A stretch of 64,000 nt of DNA, taken from Thaumarchaeota archaeon UBA164 (lineage in GTDB: Archaea; Thermoproteota; Nitrososphaeria; Conexivisphaerales; UBA164). Each line of letters begins with the position of its first letter. Positions within the stretch are counted from its first letter, which is position 1. The stretch spans positions 24,541 to 88,540 of the forward strand of contig DAJU01000001.1 in NCBI GenBank assembly GCA_002499005.1, written 5' to 3'. Positions 1-7,682 of the stretch are shown in pieces. The position numbers were made by a program, and so were the translations under genes. The notes beneath the pieces are model-generated. The model ran no database searches and had not been told where the DNA came from. It worked only from the letters and a program-made list of their open reading frames with translations.

Positions 1-390
1 TCTGACCTTAAGGCCAAGGGAGTGCCTGAAGCCCCTCCAGCTGTTGGCGTTCTTCTCCCTTTCGATGTCCTGCTTTATTGTCAGTATGAGCTCGCTTTCT
101 ATTACGTGCCTGTCCTGGCCCGTCTCTATGTCCTTCCTCCTGTTAAGCATCCATGGAGGAAGGTTAAGCGCCTTTATGTTGTTTATTGCGCTTTCCAGGC
201 TCTGCACCTGTTGCTCCGTAAGCATTCCCAGCCTCTTTGAAGGGTCAAGCCTGAGGGCCCTTATTATCGCGACAGCAAGCGAAAAATTAATACCCCTTAT
301 ATCCCTGAGGGCCGCAACTAACGGCTTGTTGCCGTTAAGGTCCCTCCCGGCAACCCTAACTATAGCCCTAACGGACTGGCTGCTCGACAT
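1..390 (-). CDS. rps13: 30S ribosomal protein S13 (uS13), partial; the 3' end runs off the left edge of the window
   Basis: Hand translation of the minus strand from ATG at 390 gives MSSSQSVRAIVRVAGRDLNGNKPLVAALRDIRGINFSLAVAII...PPWMLNRRKDIETGQDRHVIESEL...SWRGFRHSLGLKVR. The frame stays open to position 1. The uS13 hallmarks NRRKD..tG and RG.RH..GLKVR are present. The gene is absent from the ORF track because it has no stop in the window. It displaces plus-strand ORFs 22..240 and 44..403. Confidence 0.9.
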   Translation of the reverse strand, partial: MSSSQSVRAIVRVAGRDLNGNKPLVAALRDIRGINFSLAVAIIRALRLDPSKRLGMLTEQQVQSLESAINNIKALNLPPWMLNRRKDIETGQDRHVIESELILTIKQDIEREKNANSWRGFRHSLGLKVR

Positions 391-466
391 TACGAAACGG
401 TAATCGAATGGATGTTTATAAATATATTCACAATTCAACGAAATGGGGCGCCGCCGATGAACTGGT

Positions 467-1027
467 TTGCGCGTGCCCCAGGGTCAGGCGCTCAATGCCA
501 TGAACAGAACGTTTATATTTTATTATATTTTTGTCATATTTATGACAGCGTCTCAGGACGCTGACGGGATAAACTTGATTCTAAAGGGGATCCTGTACGA
601 GTTTCTAGCAGCGCTGTTTGCGCTTATCGGGCTGTTGACGCTGTTTGTTCCGTTAATAGGGTTTGGCGCTGGCCTGATATCGTTTGCAGTCGCGTTTGCC
701 CTTGCGATAATTGCGGTAATAAGGCTCTTTGGAGGCTTCAGCAGACTTGAAGGATCCGTGCCCAACGCGTCGCTGGGCATGGTGGGCGTCATACTTGCGA
801 TCATACCTTTTATCGTGAATATAATTGGCTATATCTTTCTCGGAATAGCGATCTACTCCATCGGCAGCAAGTACAGCAATGGCGTTGTTGAGGTCGGCGG
901 CATATTAACCGCCATACCAATGGTGAACTTTATAGGGCTAATAGTCTCGTATGTGGGCCTTAAATTGCTTCTTGACAGCCAGGCGCTTTCGCCGCATGGA
1001 GGCTCCAGCGCCGCCCCCGGCCCCTGA
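467..1027 (+). CDS. polytopic membrane protein of unknown function
   Basis: The 186-aa ORF has several long hydrophobic segments (LIGLLTLFVPLIGFGAGLISFAVAFALAIIAVI, GVILAIIPFIVNIIGYIFLGIAIY). The true start may be an internal Met. Confidence 0.5.
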   Translation: MRVPQGQALNAMNRTFIFYYIFVIFMTASQDADGINLILKGILYEFLAALFALIGLLTLFVPLIGFGAGLISFAVAFALAIIAVIRLFGGFSRLEGSVPNASLGMVGVILAIIPFIVNIIGYIFLGIAIYSIGSKYSNGVVEVGGILTAIPMVNFIGLIVSYVGLKLLLDSQALSPHGGSSAAPGP

Positions 1028-1115
1028 TTTTTAAAAAATAAGCCTTGCTGATCGGCGTCCCGTATCATTTTTAAAAATGTTTTTATAATATAATATTCAG
1101 ATTTTAAATGTTAAA

Positions 1116-1679
1116 ATGCAAATGCAGGAAAAGAAGTACTATGAGAAAGAGGCATACGTGCTTGACTTTAGCCCAAACGCTAAGTCAAAGACAATAAAGG
1201 GCAAGACTGGCATGATCATTGAGAGCATAGGCGTTGATTACTTTATGCTTCTTGAGCTTCTTGGCAATCCCGCCACAAGCTATGTTATACTTGAGAAGTT
1301 AAACGTAAGCAAGGACAGAAGGGATAAGGTTCTGAGCGTTCTTGGCAGGCTCAAGTATGAGGATCTATCGCCAACTGCAAAGAACACGCTTCCGCAGGCA
1401 GTGGAAATGATAGTCAGGGAAAACGAGAAAAGGTTTGTGGATTTTTTTAATGCCGCACTTCCAGTAACCCCGAGGATAAACTCGCTTGAGCTTGTGCCGG
1501 GAATAGGGAAAACGCTAATGATGGAGATCATCAGGGAAAAGGAAAGGAAACCGTTCACCAGCTTTGCTGACATACAGCAGAGGGTGGGACTTAAGGACCC
1601 CGCCAAGCGCGTGGCGGAAAGGATATTGGAGGAGCTTAAGGGCAACCAGCAGGTTTACATCTTCGTTAAACAGATATAG
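1116..1679 (+). CDS. DUF655-type helix-hairpin-helix nucleic-acid-binding protein
   Basis: The N-terminus KEAYVLDF...GVDYFMLLEL and the C-terminal HhH segment LELVPGIGKTLMMEIIREKERKPFTSFADIQQRVGL are typical of the archaeal DUF655 family. Confidence 0.75.
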   Translation: MQMQEKKYYEKEAYVLDFSPNAKSKTIKGKTGMIIESIGVDYFMLLELLGNPATSYVILEKLNVSKDRRDKVLSVLGRLKYEDLSPTAKNTLPQAVEMIVRENEKRFVDFFNAALPVTPRINSLELVPGIGKTLMMEIIREKERKPFTSFADIQQRVGLKDPAKRVAERILEELKGNQQVYIFVKQI

Positions 1680-1743
1680 CCTGCTGGAGCCTTCTTTAGC
1701 GTTTCAACGTTTATAAATCCTGCACGCCTAGCTCCATTTAGCT

Positions 1744-2688
1744 TTGAACGAGCTTGAAATAATAGACTACATAAGGGGCCTTGTCCCAAACGGCAGGCGC
1801 CTCCTTACAGACGACGTTGCCTTTGTCAGGGGCGGCGTGGCCTACAAGGTTGACATGCTTGTCAGAAGCACCGACGTGCCGCCTGGCATGAGCTACTATC
1901 AGATCGGAAGAAAGGCGTTTATTTCAGTTTTGTCGGACTTCACCGCAAAGGGGGTAAGGCCCAGGTTTGCCCTTTTAAGCCTGGGCATTCCCAGGGACAT
2001 GGATGACGCTGAAATAAAACAAACTCTTGAAGGCGTTTTGTCGGCGGCCTCAGGGCACGGGGCGCAGGTTGTTGGGGGCGACGTTAACGAGGCCAAGGAC
2101 CTGGTAATAGATGTAATTCTTGTTGGACGGTACAGACGTGCTGTTAAAAGGGGAGGGATGAAGTGCGGCGATCTGGTCTTTGCCACTGGAAACTTTGGCC
2201 TTACCAGCATAGGCCTTGACCACCTGCTTAACGGCGCAGCAGTAAAGGAGCCGTTGCTTGACCTGGCGCTTAAGGAGGTGTACGAGCCGGAGCCGCCGTT
2301 AAGCTTTGGAATCAGGGCCGTTGAGGCCGGTTATCTGAACGCGTCAATGGACTCAAGCGATGGCCTTGCCATGACGCTTAACGAGCTTGCGCTGCAGAGC
2401 GGAAAGCGTATAGAGTTAACTGCCCTGCCAGTTAGCAATAATATAATAATGATGATGGAGGAGAACGGGAGGGATGTGGTAAAGGACGTGTTCTTTGGCG
2501 GAGAGGAGTACCAGGTTGTGCTTTCTGCGTCTGAAGACAAACGGGATAAGCTTGTCAAGCTTGCAAAAGATGAGGGAGTTGTTCTTCATGAAATAGGCAG
2601 GGTCAGCTGTGGCCCTCCTGGTGTCTACCTGAGTTACAAAGGCAAAACCGTGGAGATCCCTAGGGCTGGCTGGGTGCACCTTTCCTAG
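1744..2688 (+). CDS. thiL: thiamine-monophosphate kinase (AIR synthase-related family)
   Basis: TTG start. Contains the TDDVAF..YKVDMLVRSTDVP and SMDSSDGLA motifs of the ThiL/PurM-like fold. 314 aa. Confidence 0.7.
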   Translation: MNELEIIDYIRGLVPNGRRLLTDDVAFVRGGVAYKVDMLVRSTDVPPGMSYYQIGRKAFISVLSDFTAKGVRPRFALLSLGIPRDMDDAEIKQTLEGVLSAASGHGAQVVGGDVNEAKDLVIDVILVGRYRRAVKRGGMKCGDLVFATGNFGLTSIGLDHLLNGAAVKEPLLDLALKEVYEPEPPLSFGIRAVEAGYLNASMDSSDGLAMTLNELALQSGKRIELTALPVSNNIIMMMEENGRDVVKDVFFGGEEYQVVLSASEDKRDKLVKLAKDEGVVLHEIGRVSCGPPGVYLSYKGKTVEIPRAGWVHLS

Positions 2689-3079
2689 CCTGCGGTCTTC
2701 TGTTAATTACCCGGTAAACCTCAGGCCTGTAGTAAACCCACTCCTTGCCGCGCTTGGCCCTTACAAGCTCCCCTCTGTCGGCGAGCCTCCTGAGGTATGT
2801 TGAAACAACTGCCAGCGGAGGGCTCTCCTTAAACCTATCCTCCAGCATAGCAAGCGCCTCCTTCGAGGTAAACCCGTGCGTGTTAAGCTCGCTGGCAACT
2901 GCCTTCAGGTGGGCCAGAAGGCCATCCTCCGGCTGGCTTTCCTCTCCGCCAGATGATATGAGATCATAAAGCTCAAGAAGCCTGAGGACCTTTTCCTTTG
3001 AGAATGATCCCTCAAGCTTGAATTCATATCTGGCGCCTTTCCCATCCTCAAACTCCAGCTTTACAGCCTTTTTGCCCAA
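2660..3079 (-). CDS. small winged-helix DNA-binding protein, transcribed divergently from the origin and orc1
   Basis: 139 aa with a C-terminal wHTH-like segment LAVVSTYLRRLADRGELVRAKRGKEWVYY. The 3' end overlaps thiL convergently by 29 nt. Confidence 0.55.
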   Translation of the reverse strand: MGKKAVKLEFEDGKGARYEFKLEGSFSKEKVLRLLELYDLISSGGEESQPEDGLLAHLKAVASELNTHGFTSKEALAMLEDRFKESPPLAVVSTYLRRLADRGELVRAKRGKEWVYYRPEVYRVINRRPQARKGAPSQP

Positions 3080-3219
3080 CCTTTGATTTCCTTTTTAGGT
3101 GTTGACGATATAAAAGTTAACAGCAAGTTTTGTTAACCTGTTATCAAGATAATTGATGTAAGCCGTTCTGCTGTCCTTAATATGTTAACATTGTGTTTGT
3201 TAGAAATTCCATGCAAAGG

Positions 3220-3241
3220 CTCCAGTGGAAATAAAGGGGTT
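3220..3241 (+). promoter_or_regulatory. origin recognition box (ORB) copy 1
   Basis: The sequence ctccagtggaaataaaggggtt contains the CTCCAGTGGAAA core typical of archaeal Orc1/Cdc6 binding sites. Confidence 0.75.
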
Positions 3242-3280
3242 CATTTTGGGCTTTTTTTCTGTTAATCATGTGTCCATATG

Positions 3281-3302
3281 CTCCAGTGGAAATAAAGGGG
3301 TT
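3281..3302 (+). promoter_or_regulatory. origin recognition box (ORB) copy 2
   Basis: A perfect 22/22 direct repeat of 3220..3241, in the same orientation, with a 61-bp period. Confidence 0.75.
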
Positions 3303-3480
3303 AAGCAGTGAGGCTTGTATCAGCTACAAAACCATTTGTTATCATCATGATCAGCATATGATGAACGGGCCCACCCCTGTGTTTCCTTTGTAACTGTTTT
3401 TGTTTATTGTCTAGGATACAACTTGGTTTATCTGTACTTGTCAACTGTCTTTGGTGCAGTCATTAACAGTTAGTCAACAT

Positions 3481-3530
3481 CTTTTATTTTTATTTTTTAT
3501 AAATTTCCAAAAGAAAAACTAAAAGTTCAA
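3481..3530. promoter_or_regulatory. AT-rich tract: candidate duplex unwinding element and orc1 TATA region
   Basis: The sequence cttttatttttattttttataaatttccaaaagaaaaactaaaagttcaa directly abuts the orc1 ATG at 3531. The tttttataaat element lies about 30 nt upstream of the start. Confidence 0.5.
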
Positions 3531-4763
3531 ATGGACTCCACAGGAAGCGAAGGGGTGGGCGGGACAAAGGATGTTGTGAAAAGGATATTTGAGGACGCAA
3601 TGCGGTCAAGGGGCATATTTAAAAACAGGGAAGTCCTGAACATCGACTACATACCTGAAAACATTCCTTTCAGGGAGGAGCAGATAAAGAGACTCGCTGG
3701 AATACTTTCCCCGGTAGTCAAGGGGGTAAAGCCATCAAACGTGTTCCTTTATGGAAAGACTGGCACGGGCAAGACCATGGTGGCCAGGTATGTTGCTGGC
3801 GTTCTGGAAAGAACGCTGCACGATGAAAAGACAAAGATAGCATACGTTAACTGCAGGCAGAGCGGCACCGTATACAGGACGCTTTTTGAAATAGGCAACG
3901 TTATGGGCTACAGCGCTCCTTTCACTGGAATCTCATTGAGCGAGCTGCAGGGAAGGGTCCTGCAGCACATATCAAGCAACGGGTACAGGCTCACAGTTAT
4001 ACTTGACGAGGTTGACTTTCTTGTTAACTCCCCTGTTAAGAGGGATGCTGGCAACGACATGCTTTATCAGATGACCAGATTTGGAAGCTATGAGGGGGGC
4101 GGAAGCTTTATCTCAATAATAGGCATATCAAACGACCTCAGGTTCAAGGAATACCTTGACGCAAGGGTCTTCAGCGGGCTCAGGGACGAGGAGATATTTT
4201 TCCCTCCTTACAGCGTTGAGGAGCTGAAGGTGATACTGAGGGAAAGGGTCAAGGAGGCCTTCGTGGAAGGCGCTGTAAGCGACGAAGTGATAAACTACAT
4301 AGCTGCAAGGGCCGGAGGAGAGCACGGGGACGCCAGAAGGGCTGTGGACCTGCTCAGGGTTGCAGGGGAAATAGCCGAAAGGGAGGGATCTGATGCAATA
4401 ACCATAAGCCATGTGGAGGAAGCTGCCGCCAGCGTTGAAAGGGACAAGGTCAAGGAGGCCATATCATCTCTTCCGATTCACGAAAAGCTTGTCCTGCTGT
4501 CAGTCCTGAGCTTTGAGCAGCCTCAGAACACAGGCTACATCTATCTAAAGTACACCGAATACTGCAAGGCCCTGGGAGTCCAGCCCCTTACACAAAGGAG
4601 GATAAGCTCAATAATAAGCGAGCTTGACGTGCTGGGCCTTCTGTCAGCCCCTGTTGTTAACAGCGGCAGATATGGAAGGACAAAAAAGGTGAGCTCTGCG
4701 GTTCCAAGAGAGGAAGCTCTGGCTCATCTTAAAGAGGATGAAGCAATAAAATACCTGTTTTAA
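3531..4763 (+). CDS. orc1: Orc1/Cdc6 replication initiator
   Basis: Contains AAA+ Walker A GKTGTGKT, Walker B VILDEVD, GDARRAVDLLR (sensor 2) and a C-terminal winged helix. 410 aa. Confidence 0.95.
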   Translation: MDSTGSEGVGGTKDVVKRIFEDAMRSRGIFKNREVLNIDYIPENIPFREEQIKRLAGILSPVVKGVKPSNVFLYGKTGTGKTMVARYVAGVLERTLHDEKTKIAYVNCRQSGTVYRTLFEIGNVMGYSAPFTGISLSELQGRVLQHISSNGYRLTVILDEVDFLVNSPVKRDAGNDMLYQMTRFGSYEGGGSFISIIGISNDLRFKEYLDARVFSGLRDEEIFFPPYSVEELKVILRERVKEAFVEGAVSDEVINYIAARAGGEHGDARRAVDLLRVAGEIAEREGSDAITISHVEEAAASVERDKVKEAISSLPIHEKLVLLSVLSFEQPQNTGYIYLKYTEYCKALGVQPLTQRRISSIISELDVLGLLSAPVVNSGRYGRTKKVSSAVPREEALAHLKEDEAIKYLF

Positions 4764-5089
4764 CCTTCTCGTGCGGAGGAAAGTATGGAGTATATTTTGC
4801 TAAGGTCCTCCTCGCTTACTATCTTCTTCCAGCCAGTAAGGTAGCTTCTTATCTCCTCCCTGCTCTTTGGGAGTATGTTAACAAGCTGTATCGCTATGTC
4901 GCTTTCCAGCTTTACCTCTTCTGTTAACCTGTTAACCAGATCCCTTGCCTTTTCGCCGCTTATTGTTGAAAAGGAGTTCAAATAGCTAAGGGTCTTTTGC
5001 TGAAGCTCGTCAAGCGGCTCGTTGGTGGACGAAAGAAGGTCCTTTGCTTCATGTATTGTTATCTTCCTTGATTCAAGAACCTTGACCAT
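4760..5089 (-). CDS. rpoF: DNA-directed RNA polymerase subunit F (Rpo4)
   Basis: 109 aa. The sequence ITIHEAKDLL...KARDLVNRL...ESDIAIQLVNILPKSREEIR is the typical Rpo4 pattern. The gene lies directly downstream of rpl21e, as in many archaea. Confidence 0.8.
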   Translation of the reverse strand: MVKVLESRKITIHEAKDLLSSTNEPLDELQQKTLSYLNSFSTISGEKARDLVNRLTEEVKLESDIAIQLVNILPKSREEIRSYLTGWKKIVSEEDLSKIYSILSSAREG

Positions 5090-5098
5090 TTTACCATC

Positions 5099-5374
5099 CT
5101 AAAGGGGCGCCACGTGCTCAAACCTGGTTATAACCGTCTTTTCCTTGTCTCCCACCTTAACTCCAAGCACAAGGCTCCTCTTCCTTACCTCCTTTACAAC
5201 GCCAACCAGTCCCTGAAACCTTCTGTGAGGCATGCCCTTGTGCTGTGACGGATCAACTTTTATCACAACCCTTTGGCCTACCTTATATTCCCTTAAAAGG
5301 TAAGAGAGCCCCCTCTTACCTTCAAGCGTTAAAAGCTTCCTGGTCTTTTTCCTATAACCCTTATAATGTGGCAA
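5099..5374 (-). CDS. rpl21e: 50S ribosomal protein L21e
   Basis: MPHYKGYRKKTRKLL...YKVGQRVVIKVDPSQHKGMPHRRFQG..G.V. Confidence 0.92.
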   Translation of the reverse strand: MPHYKGYRKKTRKLLTLEGKRGLSYLLREYKVGQRVVIKVDPSQHKGMPHRRFQGLVGVVKEVRKRSLVLGVKVGDKEKTVITRFEHVAPL

Positions 5375-5505
5375 CCCAATAGCCCATCGCCTTGGTTAAT
5401 ATATAAATTTGTTCAGAATTTCGTATGGAAGCAGGGCGCTTGAGAACATCTTACACGGCAATGTGATGCAAACGTTGAAATAAATGAACTTAAAAGGTAA
5501 CTTAA

Positions 5506-5850
5506 ATGTCAAGCGATGAGAAAAAGGCGGCAGCCAGAAAGGTCATAGCGGAAGTGCTGAAGCGCGGGGGAACCCTTCTTTCAGAGCCATGCCCAAAGTG
5601 CGGGGGGCTGATGGTCAAGTACAAGGGCAGGACTTTCTGCCCTGTGTGTGATAACATAACCGACCTGGACAGCCTTGACGTCCCGCAGACCCCTGCCGGG
5701 GACCTTGACGGGCTTGAAAAAAGAATACTTGAACGCGTCAGCGCGCTGATGTCAGAGCAGGGGGACGATGAGAAAAAGGCGATGTCAGTTTACTATTACC
5801 TGAGGGCGCTTAACGAGTTAAAAAAGCTAAAAGAGGAAAGAAAGAGTTGA
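5506..5850 (+). CDS. UPF0148 / autoantigen-p27-like zinc-ribbon protein
   Basis: Contains LLSEPCPKCGGLMVKYKGRTFCPVCDN followed by a helical tail. 114 aa. Confidence 0.65.
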   Translation: MSSDEKKAAARKVIAEVLKRGGTLLSEPCPKCGGLMVKYKGRTFCPVCDNITDLDSLDVPQTPAGDLDGLEKRILERVSALMSEQGDDEKKAMSVYYYLRALNELKKLKEERKS

Positions 5851-6377
5851 TAATAGAAATCCTGAGGCTTGGTCACAGAAAGGAGCGGGACAAGCGGGTT
5901 ACAACACACTGCGCCCTTGTGGGCAGGGCGTTTGGCGCCAGGGGCATGTACTATGCAGGGGACCCCGACGATGGGCTTGAACGGTCGGTGGAAAAGGTAA
6001 ACGGCAGCTGGGGAGGGGATTTCTTCATAAAGCACGTAAGCGAATGGCGCAGGTTTATTGACGAAAAGAAGAAGCAGGGCTGGGGCATAGTGCACCTTAC
6101 CATGTACGGCATCCCACTGCCAGAGGTTCAGGCAAGGATAGCGAGACTTGAAAGGTCGCTTGTAATAATTGGGGCTGAAAAGGTGCCGGGCGAGGTATAC
6201 AGGGCCGCCGACTTCAACGTTGCCATAGGGAACCAGCCGCATTCAGAGGTTGCGGCCCTGGCGATATTTCTTGACAGGATGCTTGGCTCAATGGAGTTTA
6301 ACATAACGTTCAGCAATGCAAGAATAAGGGTTATACCGCAGGAGCGGGGGAAGCGCGTGGAGGCACTTGACCTCTGA
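5847..6377 (+). CDS. trm56: tRNA (cytidine56-2'-O)-methyltransferase aTrm56 (SPOUT)
   Basis: LRLGHRKERDKRVTTHCALVGRAFGA...HLTMYG...IIGAEKVPGEVY..ADFNVAIGNQPHSEVAALAIFLDR closely matches the aTrm56 family pattern. The TTG start overlaps the upstream stop (TTGA). Confidence 0.9.
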   Translation: MIIEILRLGHRKERDKRVTTHCALVGRAFGARGMYYAGDPDDGLERSVEKVNGSWGGDFFIKHVSEWRRFIDEKKKQGWGIVHLTMYGIPLPEVQARIARLERSLVIIGAEKVPGEVYRAADFNVAIGNQPHSEVAALAIFLDRMLGSMEFNITFSNARIRVIPQERGKRVEALDL

Positions 6378-6397
6378 CGCCTCCAGGTGCCAAACTG

Positions 6398-7573
6398 CTA
6401 GGAGCCCTGTCCGGCGTTTGCGACCGAGCGCTTTAGCCTGTCAAAGATGTACCTAGGCGCTACCTCAAGAAGCGCAAAATAAAATGAGGGGCTCCTTAAA
6501 GCCCTTGCAAGGATCTTTGTGTGAGAATCAAATTCATCGCCCATAAAAAGCGGTTGATCAGACGGCAGTGCTTTAACTAGCTTCACAAGCGCCCCGTTGT
6601 TAATTGACTCAAAGAGCTCCCTGAGCCTTACTTGAGCTTCAAGCTCCCCTCCTATCTCCTTATCATATAATGATCTGTAAAACCCGGCTCCTTTGTTTAC
6701 GGCCTCCGCCGCCATAATGCCTCCCAGGGCCCCTGTTATTATGCCTCCAGCGGTCAAAGGCTTTACCTGACCGCCTGCATCCCCGGCAAGAATCAGGTCA
6801 TCGTCATCAGAATAAACCGGCCCTCCAATCGCAACCGCGGAGCTTGAAACTCCAAGCGGCGCCACGGTAAGCCCCGAGGCCTTAATGGCCCCCTGCAATA
6901 GCTGCTCCAGCTCCCCAGCCATCCCTATCGCACCAACCTTAGCGATTCCGTCATCCAAAGGGGCGTACCAGGCGAACCCTGAACTGGAAACCTTCTTGTT
7001 GACGTACACTACAAACCCCTCATAAAAATCCCCCCTGACCCTAACTATAAGTTGCATGGCTGACAGCTTCCTCCCCCTGTAAGCCCCTATCCCGCGCGCA
7101 TCTATCATCATTTTGGCGCCTATAACTCCAGCCCTGGTGTAAACGCGCCAAACACCGTTATCCTTCTCAATCCAGTTTGCCCTTGTAGAAAGCATGAGCT
7201 CGGCTCCAGCGTCAACGGCCAGAGCTGCAAGCTTCCGATCAAGCCGCGCCCTGTCAAGGACAGTGACCTTCCCCCTGTCAAATTGGTAGTCCCAGGCCAG
7301 GTCTTCAATAAATAGCCTTCCAAAGTCAACTTCCCTTATGACCGTTTCCTCAATGGCTTCAGGAAAGACGCGTTTAAGCCCATCTCTGGAGACTATGCCC
7401 GTGCACTTCTCAGGCTGTCCAATCTCCTGATGCTCCTCTAAAACGACCACCCCAAGGCCCTTTTTTGCAATTTCAGCTGCAGCGCTTAGCCCTGCCGGCC
7501 CTGCTCCAAGCACCACAACATCGTGAACCGCATCGCCGTTTTTCATGCTCTTTAAGTCCTGTCTCAATTTCAC
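6398..7573 (-). CDS. geranylgeranyl reductase family flavoprotein (digeranylgeranylglycerophospholipid reductase-like)
   Basis: Contains the FAD fold VVVLGAGPAGLSAAAEIAKKG..VVVLEE and LAGDAGGQVKPLTAGGI. 391 aa. Confidence 0.8.
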   Translation of the reverse strand: MKLRQDLKSMKNGDAVHDVVVLGAGPAGLSAAAEIAKKGLGVVVLEEHQEIGQPEKCTGIVSRDGLKRVFPEAIEETVIREVDFGRLFIEDLAWDYQFDRGKVTVLDRARLDRKLAALAVDAGAELMLSTRANWIEKDNGVWRVYTRAGVIGAKMMIDARGIGAYRGRKLSAMQLIVRVRGDFYEGFVVYVNKKVSSSGFAWYAPLDDGIAKVGAIGMAGELEQLLQGAIKASGLTVAPLGVSSSAVAIGGPVYSDDDDLILAGDAGGQVKPLTAGGIITGALGGIMAAEAVNKGAGFYRSLYDKEIGGELEAQVRLRELFESINNGALVKLVKALPSDQPLFMGDEFDSHTKILARALRSPSFYFALLEVAPRYIFDRLKRSVANAGQGS

Positions 7574-7682
7574 TAAATAAACATTATGCGCGATCAGAAA
7601 AAATATACTCTATATATTTTTATTGCCATCTATATTTTTAACACAAAAAATATATAAAGACCTGTAGCAACGGCAACTTAAG

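Larger units (their letters stand above)
3080..3530. other. predicted chromosomal replication origin (oriC-type intergenic region)
   Basis: A 451-bp ORF-free spacer lies immediately upstream of orc1/cdc6. It holds two perfect 22-bp ORB-type repeats and an AT-rich tract next to the orc1 start. Confidence 0.75.

Noticed and set aside
22-403. Plus-strand track ORFs 22..240 and 44..403.
   Set aside because: The opposite strand encodes an unmistakable uS13, so these are antisense shadow ORFs.
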